A stretch of 63,156 nucleotides of DNA, filler included, from Trichomonas gallinae (taxonomy: Eukaryota): assembly GCA_008369845.1 (NCBI GenBank). It is 5 parts of 5 records of this genome, joined end to end, with 100 filler letters (N's around TTAATTAATTAA, not from the genome) between each part and the next. Parts side by side here need not be neighbours in the genome. Positions count along the whole stretch, not along the records: positions 30,014 to 47,583 come from MRSU01000895.1; positions 47,684 to 56,894 come from MRSU01000897.1; 3 more parts are not named here. One strand, written 5' to 3'. Position 1 is the stretch's first letter. Every line of letters starts with the position of its first letter. The translations under genes and the position numbers were made by a program. A model generated the notes under the pieces. It was not told the DNA's origin. It was given only the letters and a program-made list of their open reading frames with translations, and made no database searches. This document shows positions 42,542 through 54,138 of the stretch, one piece after another.

Positions 42542-43561
42542 ATGAATATCTATACATCTCTTCCAGAGCTTGGTCAGTACACGTTCCTGTCTTATATCAA
42601 CAGCGGATACTTGTCGGGCTGCTGGAAGGCTTTAAACAAGAAAACACAGGAAACTTTTTGTATTAGATCCATACCGAAAGCTGCGATAGAATCGCCTGAG
42701 TTAAGTGCTAAATTCGCGAACCACATAAACATGTTCAAGCTAATTGACAACAAATACGTAGCAAGTTTGATCGAAATTATCGAAGATGATAAAGCAATTC
42801 ACATCGTTACAGAATTACCCGATGGTCAGTCCCTCCATGATTACATAGTCAAAAATGGTCCAATGCACGAAAAATACATCATCGAAATGATAGCTAGGCT
42901 ATTTTATATTATTCAATATCTTAATGACAAGTTCATGATCAATTTTATGCCGATGACATATGACAATATCTTCATAGATGACAGCGGACATCTCACTAGA
43001 TACATTTATCCGTTCGACGATTTTCTCCATGAAAATAATAAACTTATCATGTCAATGTTTTCACCTCCCGAAATCATTTCCAGCAGGAAATCACATCCAA
43101 ACTCCATGGCGTGGTGTTTGGCAAGCCTCACTTATTACTGCCTTCTTGCGAAATTACCTTTCGAAGGCAACACTGAAGAAGAATTAGGAAAGTCAATTCT
43201 CACTCAGCATGCAGATATTCCAACAACAATATCAGAAGAGGCACAGCAGTTCCTCAACCGTGCTTTTGTGAAAAACCCTCTTATGAGATGCTCCGTAATC
43301 GACCTTTTCGTTACAGATTTCTTAAAGGGAGTCAATATGGAACCAAGTAGTTACAGCGAAAGAAGAAGTTCTGCGCAAATTGCACAGACCAAATCATTTA
43401 TGTCGCTTAGAAAGATGCCTTCATTCACCATGAGCCCATCTATGGACTTCAATGATGCCTCGTCGTTCTCTAAGAAGCCAGCTGTCAAATTATCTTATAA
43501 ATCAAATATTGTCGGAATGAGGCGCATGTCGAAAGGACAGCTTAAGACTCCACTTGGATAA
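42542..43561 (+). CDS. CAMK-like pseudokinase
   Basis: Kinase-fold spacing is retained (SGYLSG, IVTELPDG, SPPEII, LPFEG, NPLMR), but VAIK Lys is Arg and HRD and DFG are absent. Confidence 0.8.
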   Translation: MNIYTSLPELGQYTFLSYINSGYLSGCWKALNKKTQETFCIRSIPKAAIESPELSAKFANHINMFKLIDNKYVASLIEIIEDDKAIHIVTELPDGQSLHDYIVKNGPMHEKYIIEMIARLFYIIQYLNDKFMINFMPMTYDNIFIDDSGHLTRYIYPFDDFLHENNKLIMSMFSPPEIISSRKSHPNSMAWCLASLTYYCLLAKLPFEGNTEEELGKSILTQHADIPTTISEEAQQFLNRAFVKNPLMRCSVIDLFVTDFLKGVNMEPSSYSERRSSAQIAQTKSFMSLRKMPSFTMSPSMDFNDASSFSKKPAVKLSYKSNIVGMRRMSKGQLKTPLG

Positions 43562-44564
43562 TGCGTATTTCTTATTTGTTTTATTTTTATTTTGTTTAAA
43601 AAAATATATTGCATGAATTCATTTCTTTTTTGTTCTTCTACATTGTTATATAATTATAAACAGGTTAAAGCAACTTATCATGGTGCTTTTGATTGATAAT
43701 TCATAATATAAAATTTTGAACTCTTTAATTGTTAATAATATCACTATGGAATATAGTAACAGACTAAATATCTCACAAAAAGCATCATATGCATAACTGT
43801 AGCTTCACTTTCTATTATAAAATTCTTCATTTATCAAATAATCGGAGACTATCTCCTTTCTAGGCGCAATCGTCAATGATTATTTAGTTCACATTGCAAA
43901 AAGGTATCATTAAAAATGTTGGAAATGTCTCATTTTTCAACTTCAGCATTAAAATCGAAGATTTATTTTTAGCATGAAACAGTAGGATGATTTAAGTCAC
44001 CAATCGCAAACATTCTGTAGAATAAAGAATAAGAATGGGAGTAATCCTGTGATTAACACAGAAAATGCGAAAATAAAAAAAATCGATTTGTTATGTGAAA
44101 CAAGAAAATAGTTGTGTATTTTCAACAAATCCAAAAAAAAAAAAAAATGAAAGAATATCAAAACATTCGATCGAATTCGCACAAAACAGGTAAAATTACT
44201 AAAATTCTCGAATAAATATGTACATTATATTATATAGATGTGAATTACACCATTTTTGGGTAAATTACTGATCAGTGATTTTATTAGATTTTACGGGCGT
44301 GAAATTGCTTAAAATTTTAGTTAAATGTATTTTATATTGTATAATATTGTTTTATACTGATTTGTGGGAGATCCGCAATTTAATTTTTTTTTAAGATGTT
44401 TACATTGTAAATTAGTCAAATGCCTTATTTTGAGTTTAAACTCTTTCATATGCAATAAAATGCTCAGATACATCAAATAAAAAAGTGATAATGATGTCTG
44501 TCACTTTTCAAATAATTGAGATGTTTACGAAAACCGATTATTGAGAGAAAATAAGATTTGTATA

Positions 44565-47108
44565 ATGTCTAAGTATGGTGTTGTGCAATTCTTGCACATC
44601 CCATCGGGAAAATACTACATGATGCCCATCTACGACATGGTGAAATCAAATATGAAGGCGGGCGAAATATTAAAAACATTTACGACATTCATTAATTCAC
44701 CGGAAGAGTTAAACTTATCAATTCGCTCAGTATCTGGATTTTCGTTCGTTCTCGATGACAATGATGATGCCTTTGGATTATGTCCGATGCTGCAAATCCT
44801 TCCAAACAAAAGATACGAAACAGAGCCTGCATTCTTCTTTTTGGCCGCCAATGCAGCTAAAGACAAAGCGCCAAGGTCAATAACAGTTTCTTTCCCAGTT
44901 ATTTCTACAGATTTACAGCCTTATTACAATTATACTCTTTCATTGAAATATCCGTTAAAGTTAAAGAAGATTTTATCCCATCTTGCTCACATCCATGACG
45001 TCCCTGATGACCAAATCGACTCGTCATTTAAGATTTATTCGGTAAATGGCGATGAGTATCCATTAAATCAAGCTTTGCTCAAAATTGTCGAGGATTTCAT
45101 GTACAACAGGATATATATAGTATATGACGCTACAGAAAAAGCAAAGAAAGTCATGCGCTTGCGCTATCTTTCCGTCAAGGAAATCGTTGATACAGAAGGA
45201 ACTTACGTTGAGACTCTCAGAGGTTTCGAAGCTAACGTTGGCGGTTTCTTCAAGAAGACTGGATGGGTTCCAAAGGAATTATACACGATGTTGTTACAAT
45301 CAGCAAATTATATCTTAAGCTTGCACGAAGAAATGTACAATGACTTCTTGAAAATCGATATTGATTTCATGGCTTGCGTCGGATGGGTGTTCAAGAAGTT
45401 TGTACCATTCTTGAAGATTTATTTAAACTACATGGCAACATTCGACCAAGTAATTGGCATCATCAAGAAGTACATGCTTGATCCACAGTATGAGGCCATT
45501 TTTGAAGAATTCAGAATGTCCGAATACGCAAAACAAATCAGATTCGACGGAATTCTCATCAAACCAGTCCAGCGCGCGCCAAAATACAAACTTCTCATTC
45601 GTGAAACATTCAAGCATACGTCAAAGCATCACCCAGACTACAAGAATCTTATCGATGCGATGAATATGTGCACAGTCTCAATGAAAACTCTCGATGACAA
45701 TGTCATGCACTTAGAAAGACGCCAACAAGTCTTCGAATACAGCAACGCCTTCAAACCAAAGGCAGCAATTATTCAACCAAATCGCGAACTTCTCCATTTG
45801 GCTCATCCACAGAAGAAAGATACATACGGCTTCTTCGTCTTCTCGGATGAGCTGTGGATTGCTCTCTACAAGAAAGGTATGTATAATCTCAAACGACAAT
45901 TAAACTACAATGAAGTTGTAATGCTTCCTTACGCAAACAATTCGATTTGTCTCAGGGTAGATGGTGAGAATACCATTTATGCGATGCCAGATACAGAATC
46001 AAGAGATGAATTAGTTAAATATTTCCGCGAAGCTTCAATTTTACGTCAAAGTTCGATCGGATCCGATGTAACAATGACAATAGAAGCCATCCCACAGAAC
46101 AGCTGCCCAGTTCCTTCACTTCACAATCATTGTATGGTTTATGTCAACGATTACTTATATATATACGGCGGCCTCATGAAAGATAACGCACTAAACGAAG
46201 ATTTATACATGGTCAACACTCATGATATGAGCGTTCAAGTATTCAAATCCAGCCCAAGGTGGCCCCAAGCTCGCCAGCAGCCAGGCATGGTCGTAAGAGG
46301 TGCCGAGATCTACATTTACGGTGGAACGAACGATGGAAAGGCACCATTGGGAGATTTGTGGAAATTCAACACAGCAAGACCAAGCTGGTCTCAAGTTGTC
46401 TGCTCTGATGACGTCACACCACCTCCGGCGATTGCTCCAGCCATGTACGCGACAGACGAGTTCATAATCATGGTCTGCGGAACAGAACTTCTCGAAGTTT
46501 GGAAATTCACATTCGCAGACCTGAAGTGGACGAAATTCAGCAACAGCGGTCTATCACTCAAACCTGTCCTTGGCGGAACATTGGCGCCTGTCTACAAGAA
46601 CGCATACATACTTGTAGGAGGCACGTGCATTGACGGCAAGTCAAACGATAACGTTATTCTTTTAGCGAAGGGAGGCGAATATCAAAGCTTGGCAGAAGTG
46701 AATGGTTTAACTTTAATTGACAGAAATTCGAGAGCGAGCTGCTTAATCAAGAACGCCGTTGTCGTGCCAGGAACGAGACAGGACCCGTACATGCTCTGCC
46801 TGATGTGCGACAGCCACTCGTGGATTGTTCCGAAACTGATCGGAAACTACGTCGCTGCAGACAACGCTGCATCTGCTACAGACGGAAAGGTTCTTTATTT
46901 ACACGGCGGCCTCAATGACGTCAATGAAGTCATCTCTGTTTTGTATAGGATCACACTGAAGACTGAGCTGAACGAGATAGGCAACATCATAGGAATGCAG
47001 GACCCGTTCGGAGAAGACGCTTTACTCAAGAGAATGGTTTTGGTCCCAACTTCAATCAAAGACGCTCCTTATGTAGAGGCTGATGCACCAGCTAAGAAGA
47101 AACAGTAG
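44565..47108 (+). CDS. RhoGEF (DH) + PH-like + Kelch-repeat protein; start MSKYG
   Basis: EIVDTEGTYVETL, LIKPVQRAPKYKLLIRE, HPDY (DH domain); FFVFSD (PH); YIYGG/YLHGG Kelch repeats. Confidence 0.9.
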   Translation: MSKYGVVQFLHIPSGKYYMMPIYDMVKSNMKAGEILKTFTTFINSPEELNLSIRSVSGFSFVLDDNDDAFGLCPMLQILPNKRYETEPAFFFLAANAAKDKAPRSITVSFPVISTDLQPYYNYTLSLKYPLKLKKILSHLAHIHDVPDDQIDSSFKIYSVNGDEYPLNQALLKIVEDFMYNRIYIVYDATEKAKKVMRLRYLSVKEIVDTEGTYVETLRGFEANVGGFFKKTGWVPKELYTMLLQSANYILSLHEEMYNDFLKIDIDFMACVGWVFKKFVPFLKIYLNYMATFDQVIGIIKKYMLDPQYEAIFEEFRMSEYAKQIRFDGILIKPVQRAPKYKLLIRETFKHTSKHHPDYKNLIDAMNMCTVSMKTLDDNVMHLERRQQVFEYSNAFKPKAAIIQPNRELLHLAHPQKKDTYGFFVFSDELWIALYKKGMYNLKRQLNYNEVVMLPYANNSICLRVDGENTIYAMPDTESRDELVKYFREASILRQSSIGSDVTMTIEAIPQNSCPVPSLHNHCMVYVNDYLYIYGGLMKDNALNEDLYMVNTHDMSVQVFKSSPRWPQARQQPGMVVRGAEIYIYGGTNDGKAPLGDLWKFNTARPSWSQVVCSDDVTPPPAIAPAMYATDEFIIMVCGTELLEVWKFTFADLKWTKFSNSGLSLKPVLGGTLAPVYKNAYILVGGTCIDGKSNDNVILLAKGGEYQSLAEVNGLTLIDRNSRASCLIKNAVVVPGTRQDPYMLCLMCDSHSWIVPKLIGNYVAADNAASATDGKVLYLHGGLNDVNEVISVLYRITLKTELNEIGNIIGMQDPFGEDALLKRMVLVPTSIKDAPYVEADAPAKKKQ

Positions 47109-47512
47109 AGTTTTCTTTTTTTTAATTATGTAAATTATTTATTTTTTGACATTAATTAACCATTTTCTCAACACATCATCAAAATCAAACTATCTTAATA
47201 AACACTTCATATTTGTTATAATCTCTAATATATAAAACACATTTTAATTTTGTTATATTTGATGATAACTATTGCAATATGATATTGATTTATTGCTTAT
47301 TGCAACAGTTTTTGCTAATATTTGACATTTTGTTGAATATTTAGTTTAAAAGTTGGTTATTTTAGAATGATTAACCAAAGTGAAACTTTTTAAATAGATA
47401 TTGAATTTAATTATTCTTCATTTTAGTCATAAGAATTGTGCTATAGTGGAATTATTTAATGATTCGGTGAAATGAAAAAGAAAATTTTGAAAAATTAGAA
47501 AAAGAAAAAGTG

Positions 47513-47583
47513 TGGTCCCGCCAGGAGTCGAACCTGGATTTCGGGATTCAAAGTCCCAAGTGATAACCGCTACACTACGGGAC
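47513..47583 (-). tRNA. tRNA-Gln(TTG), first base lost in the gap
   Basis: Reverse complement GTCCCG-TAGTGTAGCGGTTATCACT-TGGGA-CTTTGAA-TCCCG-AAAT-CCAGG-TTCGACT-CCTGG-CGGGACC-A. Confidence 0.93.
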
Positions 47584-47683
47584 NNNNNNNNNNNNNNNNN
47601 NNNNNNNNNNNNNNNNNNNNNNNNNNNTTAATTAATTAANNNNNNNNNNNNNNNNNNNNNNNNNNNNNNNNNNNNNNNNNNNN
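47584..47683. other. Assembly gap with artificial linker
   Basis: N44-TTAATTAATTAA-N44. Confidence 0.97.
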
Positions 47684-48010
47684 AAATAGGTTCAAGAACA
47701 TCATGATTTTTAGCATGAAAAAAAATTGTGATGTTTACATTTTACAATACGGTGCACCCTTAATTTCGGAGATATGAAAATTTGTAATTCGTAACAAGCT
47801 CCTGATAGACTATCGTAGTCAATATTAGTATCTATATGATGCATTAATATTATATGTGTGGTATAATATATTTTCCATTCAAATATTCGATATTTTGATG
47901 ATATTGTTCATTAATATGCTTATATATGACGAAATATGAGCATCGGTAAAAGCATTTTCGAATCTGTTGACTCTGTCAAAAGTTTGTCCAAAAAAAATTA
48001 AAAATTTTTG

Positions 48011-49414
48011 ATGTCTAACAGTCCTGTATCTGTTAAACCGGAAGAAATCCCACAAATCGTCAATGACCTTCGCGCATACTTCAAAACAAACGCTACCGTC
48101 AGCATCAAGTGGAGAGAGGATCAACTGAACGGTCTTATAAAATGCTTATATGAACACGAGCAAGAATGGACAAAAGCAATGTACGATGACATGGGAAGCC
48201 ACATGTTTGAAGCAAGGATGTTCATTGGAAATGTTGTTTCCGAGATTCAACATACGCTCAAATATTTAAAGACATGGCTGACTCCTGAATCTCTCTCCAC
48301 TCCATGGGCGCTTTATCCAGGAGAGACTAAAGTTGTTCCTGAGCCATATGGTGTTGTTTGCGATTTCATTCCTTATAATTATCCTGTTTATCTTGGATTT
48401 TCAACATTAATTCCTATCATAGCTTCAGGAAATGTTTGCTTATTCAAGCCCTCAAGCAATACACCTGCTTGTGCTAAGCTTTATCAAGAATTATTCCCAA
48501 AATATCTTGATCCACAGGGTGTTCGCGTTGTTTGCGGTCCCACAAGCATCTGCGATATAATTCTTGATCAGAAATTTGACTTCATTTTCTATACAGGCTC
48601 CCCATCAGTTGCTAAAAATGTTATGCGTAAAGCAGCCGAGCATCTGACACCAGTATTGCTAGAGTTGGGTGGAAAGTCACCAGTATACATTGACAAGGAT
48701 GCTAGCATGAACAGAACAGCAAGAAGATTAGTTTTAGCTAAGATGATGAATGGCGGACAAACATGTGTCGCTCCAGACTACTGCCTTGTTCACAAAGATG
48801 CTGTTGAATCTTTCAAGACTGAAGTTCTTGCTACACTTAAAGAATTTTATGGTGACGCTGAAAATCAGTTCAACGATAATCTTACTCGCATTATCAGCAG
48901 GCGCCATTATGATAGAATTTGCGCGGCTGTTGATAATTGCAAAGGACAAATTTTATTCAACGGATATCGTGACCCAGAAAGACTCTATATTGGCCCAACA
49001 TTCATCGAAAGCCCAGCTATTGACTCTCAATTGATGAAAGAAGAAATATTTGGCCCTGTTCTTCCATTCGTTGTCGTTAATGATGAAGACGAGGCAATCA
49101 GCTTCATCAATGATCGCGAAAAGCCACTTGCTTGTTATGTTTTCACTACCAACGACAAAACTTTCGAGAAATTCAGAGATCTCACGTCATCTGGTGCTTT
49201 ACTCCAAAATGATGCTACATTCCATGTTTCATCACCATACGCACCATTTGGTGGCGTTGGAAACTCTGGAATGGGCCAATATCACGGACCTTACGGCATC
49301 AAAGCTCTTTCACACTGGAAACCATGCTTCAAGCACTACAACATGTTTGATATTTCCAAGAGAAACCCGCCGTATACCGAAAGCAACCTCAACTTTATCC
49401 TGCATTTTGCTTAA
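48011..49414 (+). CDS. Aldehyde dehydrogenase, ALDH3 (fatty aldehyde) family
   Basis: EPYGVV, PYNYP, FYTGS, LELGGKSP, catalytic GQTCVAPDY, EEIFGP, EKPLA, PFGGVGNSGMGQYHG. Confidence 0.95.
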   Translation: MSNSPVSVKPEEIPQIVNDLRAYFKTNATVSIKWREDQLNGLIKCLYEHEQEWTKAMYDDMGSHMFEARMFIGNVVSEIQHTLKYLKTWLTPESLSTPWALYPGETKVVPEPYGVVCDFIPYNYPVYLGFSTLIPIIASGNVCLFKPSSNTPACAKLYQELFPKYLDPQGVRVVCGPTSICDIILDQKFDFIFYTGSPSVAKNVMRKAAEHLTPVLLELGGKSPVYIDKDASMNRTARRLVLAKMMNGGQTCVAPDYCLVHKDAVESFKTEVLATLKEFYGDAENQFNDNLTRIISRRHYDRICAAVDNCKGQILFNGYRDPERLYIGPTFIESPAIDSQLMKEEIFGPVLPFVVVNDEDEAISFINDREKPLACYVFTTNDKTFEKFRDLTSSGALLQNDATFHVSSPYAPFGGVGNSGMGQYHGPYGIKALSHWKPCFKHYNMFDISKRNPPYTESNLNFILHFA

Positions 49415-49794
49415 TTTAATTCTTGTTCTTTTTAAGTCTCCACTCACCTTTTATACAATTAACATATTTCATTTTCTATTGAATAAGTTGCAATTGAAGA
49501 CTTTAAACAGTATTAAAAATTATATATTTACAAAGCATTAAATTTTCTTAGCTGAATATCAGCCATAACATTTTAACCTTCAAATCATTATAATTACATA
49601 AGTATAGCGTTTAGATTTCAAAATTATTTTGGAATTATTTTTTCAAAAATTATATTTATTGTTGTGAAATAACTGTTGAGATGAATCTAAATATAATGAT
49701 AATATATAAAAGAATTGATTCTGTGTTTATCGATTTTTTAAAAATAATATAAAGAAATATTTATAAATAAACATAACAATTTATATGCTATAGT

Positions 49795-50673
49795 TTAGAA
49801 GAATTCATCGCTGAAGTCTTCAGGCATCATAACAGCAATTCTTCCTTCTTCTTCATTATCTAGTGCGCAAAGCATAAGATAATTTGCTGAAATTTTTGTT
49901 ATTTCAGTTCCAGTAAATGATCTAGAAGGTGCACACGAGTGTGTTTCTAAGTTATATGGATAAATAACACTATCTTCTGTAAGGAAAGAAATATACTGAG
50001 ATTCGAAACATGGAGCATAAACCATGCATTTTAGGAGGGCTTTCTGGCCTCCATCCGTATGATCAATTAATTTTTGATTTTGATAAACGGCAATACCCAA
50101 CTGATAACCAATTGCTAGGTAATCATTATATGAAGCAATACCAATGGGACGCATTTTTCGGATTTTTGTTAAAGGATTTAATTCGAGTTCTTTCTTTTCT
50201 TCGGAATTTCTATTCCAAGTAATAAGAGTACCATCCAAGTAAGCTGCTACTATGTTTTCTCTATCAATGAAGTGAATATTGCAAGCAGGCATCGAAGAAT
50301 TTGGATCTTGTTTGTAAGGATGCTTAAGAACTCTTGTATCATTAAGAACTATGCCTTCTTTCGAAGTAGAAACTGCAATTTGATCATCGAATATATTGAA
50401 ACTTAATATTTCAGACTCAGCTGAGTAAATTTTGCGTGGTTGGTCAGAATCGCGAATATCGTGTCTATAAATATCTTTTCCATCCATAAAATATAGATTT
50501 TTCTCGTCATCTGTAGCCAAACCATTAATCGGAGCCTTATATTTATAATCGTAAACAATTCTACAATTTTCTGCATCAAAAACGCCAACACGGCCTGTCT
50601 CGCACCCAAACGCGCACAATGACGAAACACCATAGAAAGCTGCGAGCTCTGTAACAATTTCTCCTATTTCCAT
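49795..50673 (-). CDS. WD40/beta-propeller hypothetical protein
   Basis: Repeated beta-strand units (GCETGRVGVFD, AAYLDGTLITWN); 292 aa. Confidence 0.7.
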   Translation of the reverse strand: MEIGEIVTELAAFYGVSSLCAFGCETGRVGVFDAENCRIVYDYKYKAPINGLATDDEKNLYFMDGKDIYRHDIRDSDQPRKIYSAESEILSFNIFDDQIAVSTSKEGIVLNDTRVLKHPYKQDPNSSMPACNIHFIDRENIVAAYLDGTLITWNRNSEEKKELELNPLTKIRKMRPIGIASYNDYLAIGYQLGIAVYQNQKLIDHTDGGQKALLKCMVYAPCFESQYISFLTEDSVIYPYNLETHSCAPSRSFTGTEITKISANYLMLCALDNEEEGRIAVMMPEDFSDEFF

Positions 50674-50674
50674 G

Positions 50675-51080
50675 TTTACAACGTGTTTGGATACAGACCC
50701 TTTTTTATTTTGTTATTTAGGGGGAGATTTATAACATATGAACCAGAACTAGTTTTGTCCAATAAAAATTCTATTTTTATATTATTTACAATTACATAAT
50801 GCTATACTTTTGATATAACTCTTTCATATCATTAATCAAATAAAATACGATAATTTTTTTTTCATTGCTGCATCTCAATCATACAATGGGTGATTTTACT
50901 TATTTTACAATGCGTTTGGATATAGACAGCCTTATAATTAAATATTCTAATGGAAATTAGTTTTATCCAATAAAAATACTGTTTTTATATTATATATGAC
51001 TACATGATACTATATTCTTCATCTGCAGTTTAAATTCAATTAATTATAACATAAGATAATATTTTTCTATTCTATTGCAT
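50675..51080. repeat. Diverged tandem duplication of the upstream region of the WD40 gene
   Basis: TTTACAA.G.GTTTGGATA.AGAC occurs near 50676 and 50904; TAGTTTT.TCCAATAAAAAT.CT.TTTTTATATTAT occurs near 50750 and 50958. Confidence 0.75.
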
Positions 51081-51292
51081 TTTGCTTATAGTTACATTAT
51101 ATAATAAGTAAGATTATTTAGTTTACAAGTATATAGCTTAATTTTTGCATTAAATTATAATAAATTTGTTATTTTTTATTGAATAAATAAGAAAACATAT
51201 ATTAAAATAGATAAATTTGCAATTGGATAGAAATCATAATAATATCTATTTATATATTTCAAACAAAAAAACAAAAAATAATATTATAAAAA

Positions 51293-53125
51293 TTATTTGG
51301 TCTTTCCATTCTTCTTTTGCGGCTCTTCGGTCATTGTTTCCTCATTCTTCCTGTCTAATTCATCCGTTTGTGTGTATAATGAAACCTTGTCTCTTACCAA
51401 AATCAAATTTGTCGTCATTCTGAGTTTTGTCAAGTTCTCTTGGAAGAATTTCATTGCTCCACCAAGCTGAGCTTGTGCTGTCTCCTCAATTCCTCCTATC
51501 AAAACTTTGTTCATGAATTTGATTGGATCATGAAGATTGTTGTCTTTGTTGATAGAATATCCGCCAATTTGGAATGAAAGGGCCAAAGCATTGATTATCT
51601 CCATCTTATTCGCCAAAAGCTGTGAATCTGATTCTAAGCTCGAGCAAACCATCATATATTTAGATCCTTTCCTCTTCATGCCCATTCTCTTGTTCTCTTC
51701 ATTCTCCTCATGCTTAGGAATTGGAATTGGCGCGTCATTCTGCAAATCAATTGCTCTATTGCCAATTTCTTTAGTTATGTATGATTTGAGATCAGGCTGC
51801 TGGAATAATTCGATCATATCACTGCCAAATGATGTGACAACTGTTAAAAGCGAAGATAAAATTGATCTATTCTTATTAAGAACTTCTGTTAAGTCTCTGT
51901 GCGACCGCAGAAGTTTCTTGTACTGCTGAAGCACTTTCCAGTATTCTTGGTACACTTTTTTGCGCTGTGAAGTCTGCTCGCTTAATTTGACGATAATTTT
52001 GTCAATTGTCAGATTTTTATCGTCAATGTCAACAATATAATTATCAATTTTTTCAATTAGCGCGAAATTCGTTTCTAAGACTTTGTCTGCCTTGTTGTGA
52101 CTGACAAGTGACGCGTCGCTTACATATGAGCGCTTTGTTCCACCTCTAACTTCGTCTTCGAGCTTATCTACTGTTTTCTTGTATTCTGCGAGCAATTCAA
52201 GCTGTTTTTGCAGGTTATTGGTGGATATTATTTGGCTAGAGCTGACATTGAGCTGTAAATCCGAAAAACTGATTCTTTGATTTAATGTTTTGTCAGATTC
52301 TGTTGGAATCACTGAATCAAAGTCTATTCCTTCTTCTACTTCACGTGGAGCTTCAAATCCGTGAGCAATATCAAGTTCTTCGTCAATTATATCTTTAATT
52401 GATTGAACTAACATTCTAGACGAGTGACACGAAAAATTATCGAACTTGCGACGCTTTGTCATCGGATCTGATGCATATTGAACCTCTTCTGCTTTTAGTT
52501 TTTCATTTTCGTCCAATAACTTTTTGTGCATCATTAACAGGCCATTAAGGCTTCCGAATTCTGTTGTAATTGCTTCACTTGATTCTCCACTTTGTTCTAC
52601 AATGATTTTACGTTTATTTAATTCATAAGCTAATTGTTCTAAGTGATGCAGATATTCATCTTGTAATGCAAAAGATGTTATTTGATCATTTACACATTTA
52701 GCTTTAAAACGTTCTTCGAATCTTGCGAGAGGAGGAATTGTTGTAAATCTCAGAATTTCATTTTGTAATTTTAAGCAATCTGTCATATATTTAGCTCTAG
52801 GATGCGTCATTGCGTGCTTATTGTATAGTTTATAGAAATCAGAGCTTTCCTGTAATGACTTTATTTCGAATTGCGCTTTTTGGAGTTTTTCTTGTAAATT
52901 TTTTAATTGTTTTTCTTTTTCTCTGTTGCTCTTTGTGACTTCATCGTATTCATTAGACATTAAAGGCCACAGTTCATGGACTTCATTTAAAATATCGTTT
53001 TTTTCTGATGCAGTTGATACTGTTATTGCTTTACCAAGAAGTTTAATTCCATGTTGCGAATGCGTTGAGCCCGGAGGCGCCACTGGAGGCAAAGGCTTTA
53101 ATGATGATAGTCGTGGAATGTGCAT
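51293..53125 (-). CDS. Hypothetical coiled-coil protein
   Basis: 610-aa ORF with several heptad segments. Confidence 0.8.
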   Translation of the reverse strand: MHIPRLSSLKPLPPVAPPGSTHSQHGIKLLGKAITVSTASEKNDILNEVHELWPLMSNEYDEVTKSNREKEKQLKNLQEKLQKAQFEIKSLQESSDFYKLYNKHAMTHPRAKYMTDCLKLQNEILRFTTIPPLARFEERFKAKCVNDQITSFALQDEYLHHLEQLAYELNKRKIIVEQSGESSEAITTEFGSLNGLLMMHKKLLDENEKLKAEEVQYASDPMTKRRKFDNFSCHSSRMLVQSIKDIIDEELDIAHGFEAPREVEEGIDFDSVIPTESDKTLNQRISFSDLQLNVSSSQIISTNNLQKQLELLAEYKKTVDKLEDEVRGGTKRSYVSDASLVSHNKADKVLETNFALIEKIDNYIVDIDDKNLTIDKIIVKLSEQTSQRKKVYQEYWKVLQQYKKLLRSHRDLTEVLNKNRSILSSLLTVVTSFGSDMIELFQQPDLKSYITKEIGNRAIDLQNDAPIPIPKHEENEENKRMGMKRKGSKYMMVCSSLESDSQLLANKMEIINALALSFQIGGYSINKDNNLHDPIKFMNKVLIGGIEETAQAQLGGAMKFFQENLTKLRMTTNLILVRDKVSLYTQTDELDRKNEETMTEEPQKKNGKTK

Positions 53126-53700
53126 TTATTGAGCACTTTTTACACGTTAATTATCAACTCTTTACAAAATCGAATTTTCTCGCCATATATGTGATATACT
53201 ATCGATATAGTATCCAAAAATCGCAGAGAAAATGAAAAATGGAACAAAAATTTTGATTTGTTGATATTTTGCTTTTTCAGCCATTTTATAGCTGTCATTA
53301 TTTTATTTAACTGATTTTATGTCTAATTTATTGCTTACACAGGCTTATATCATTAAAAATCAAATTTAATAAATTGAATCTTAAATATTTGGAAATAGAT
53401 ATTTTATCATGTTTAAATTAATTTTGAAATGATCTTATAGGTGATACTAAAAATAATCCTAAATCCGATAAATCATTGCATTACAATGACTAAGCATTTT
53501 ATGAATATGTTTCTGTGCTATATTAGAGTATAGTGGGAAGGAATAATAATATATTTTGCTTGAAATGAGAAATTTTCAAGATAATCCCAAAAAATCACAA
53601 TATTTTAAGGGCAAATTTGAGTTAGAATCATGATATGTTTGTATTGCAATCTTAGTCAAAATCGACTAAAAATAACTGTTGTCATTATTTTTGATTCATC

Positions 53701-54138
53701 ATGGGTAAAGGAAAAAATAAAACTTCTTCTGTATATGAAAATTATTCCAGATCTTCAAGCACAAAGTCGAAAATCACGTTCCTTCATGAGAAACATGGCT
53801 TTTTCGACTTAGAATTTGATAGTTTTGACACAATTTCCAAAGACATAGAATATAAAGATATTGCCATCATATATAATGGCGAAATACAAAAAGATGAAAA
53901 GAAATTATCAGAATTCTATGGATATGATTATCTTGTTTGTTATACACCTTTATCAAACATATCATTTTTGAGTCAAACAGATCCAGAATTCAAATCTGGG
54001 ACTCAATCGAAAGATTTTATTATTTCAGAACTTCAAAAAATGGAAATACCTCTTGAACGATCAAAAATTTTAGCAGAACAATATGGTAATGTTCAACTAG
54101 CTGCAAATGCGTATTTTCAAGATAAATATCAGACTTAG
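53701..54138 (+). CDS. Divergent UBL-UBA-like protein, possibly a decaying/truncated gene
   Basis: IIYNGEIQKDEKKLSEF (UBL-like) and ISELQKMEIPLERSKILAEQYGNVQLAANAYF (UBA-like); coding-like remnants (KEEKAKQAPQAQAQN) follow the stop. Confidence 0.5.
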   Translation: MGKGKNKTSSVYENYSRSSSTKSKITFLHEKHGFFDLEFDSFDTISKDIEYKDIAIIYNGEIQKDEKKLSEFYGYDYLVCYTPLSNISFLSQTDPEFKSGTQSKDFIISELQKMEIPLERSKILAEQYGNVQLAANAYFQDKYQT

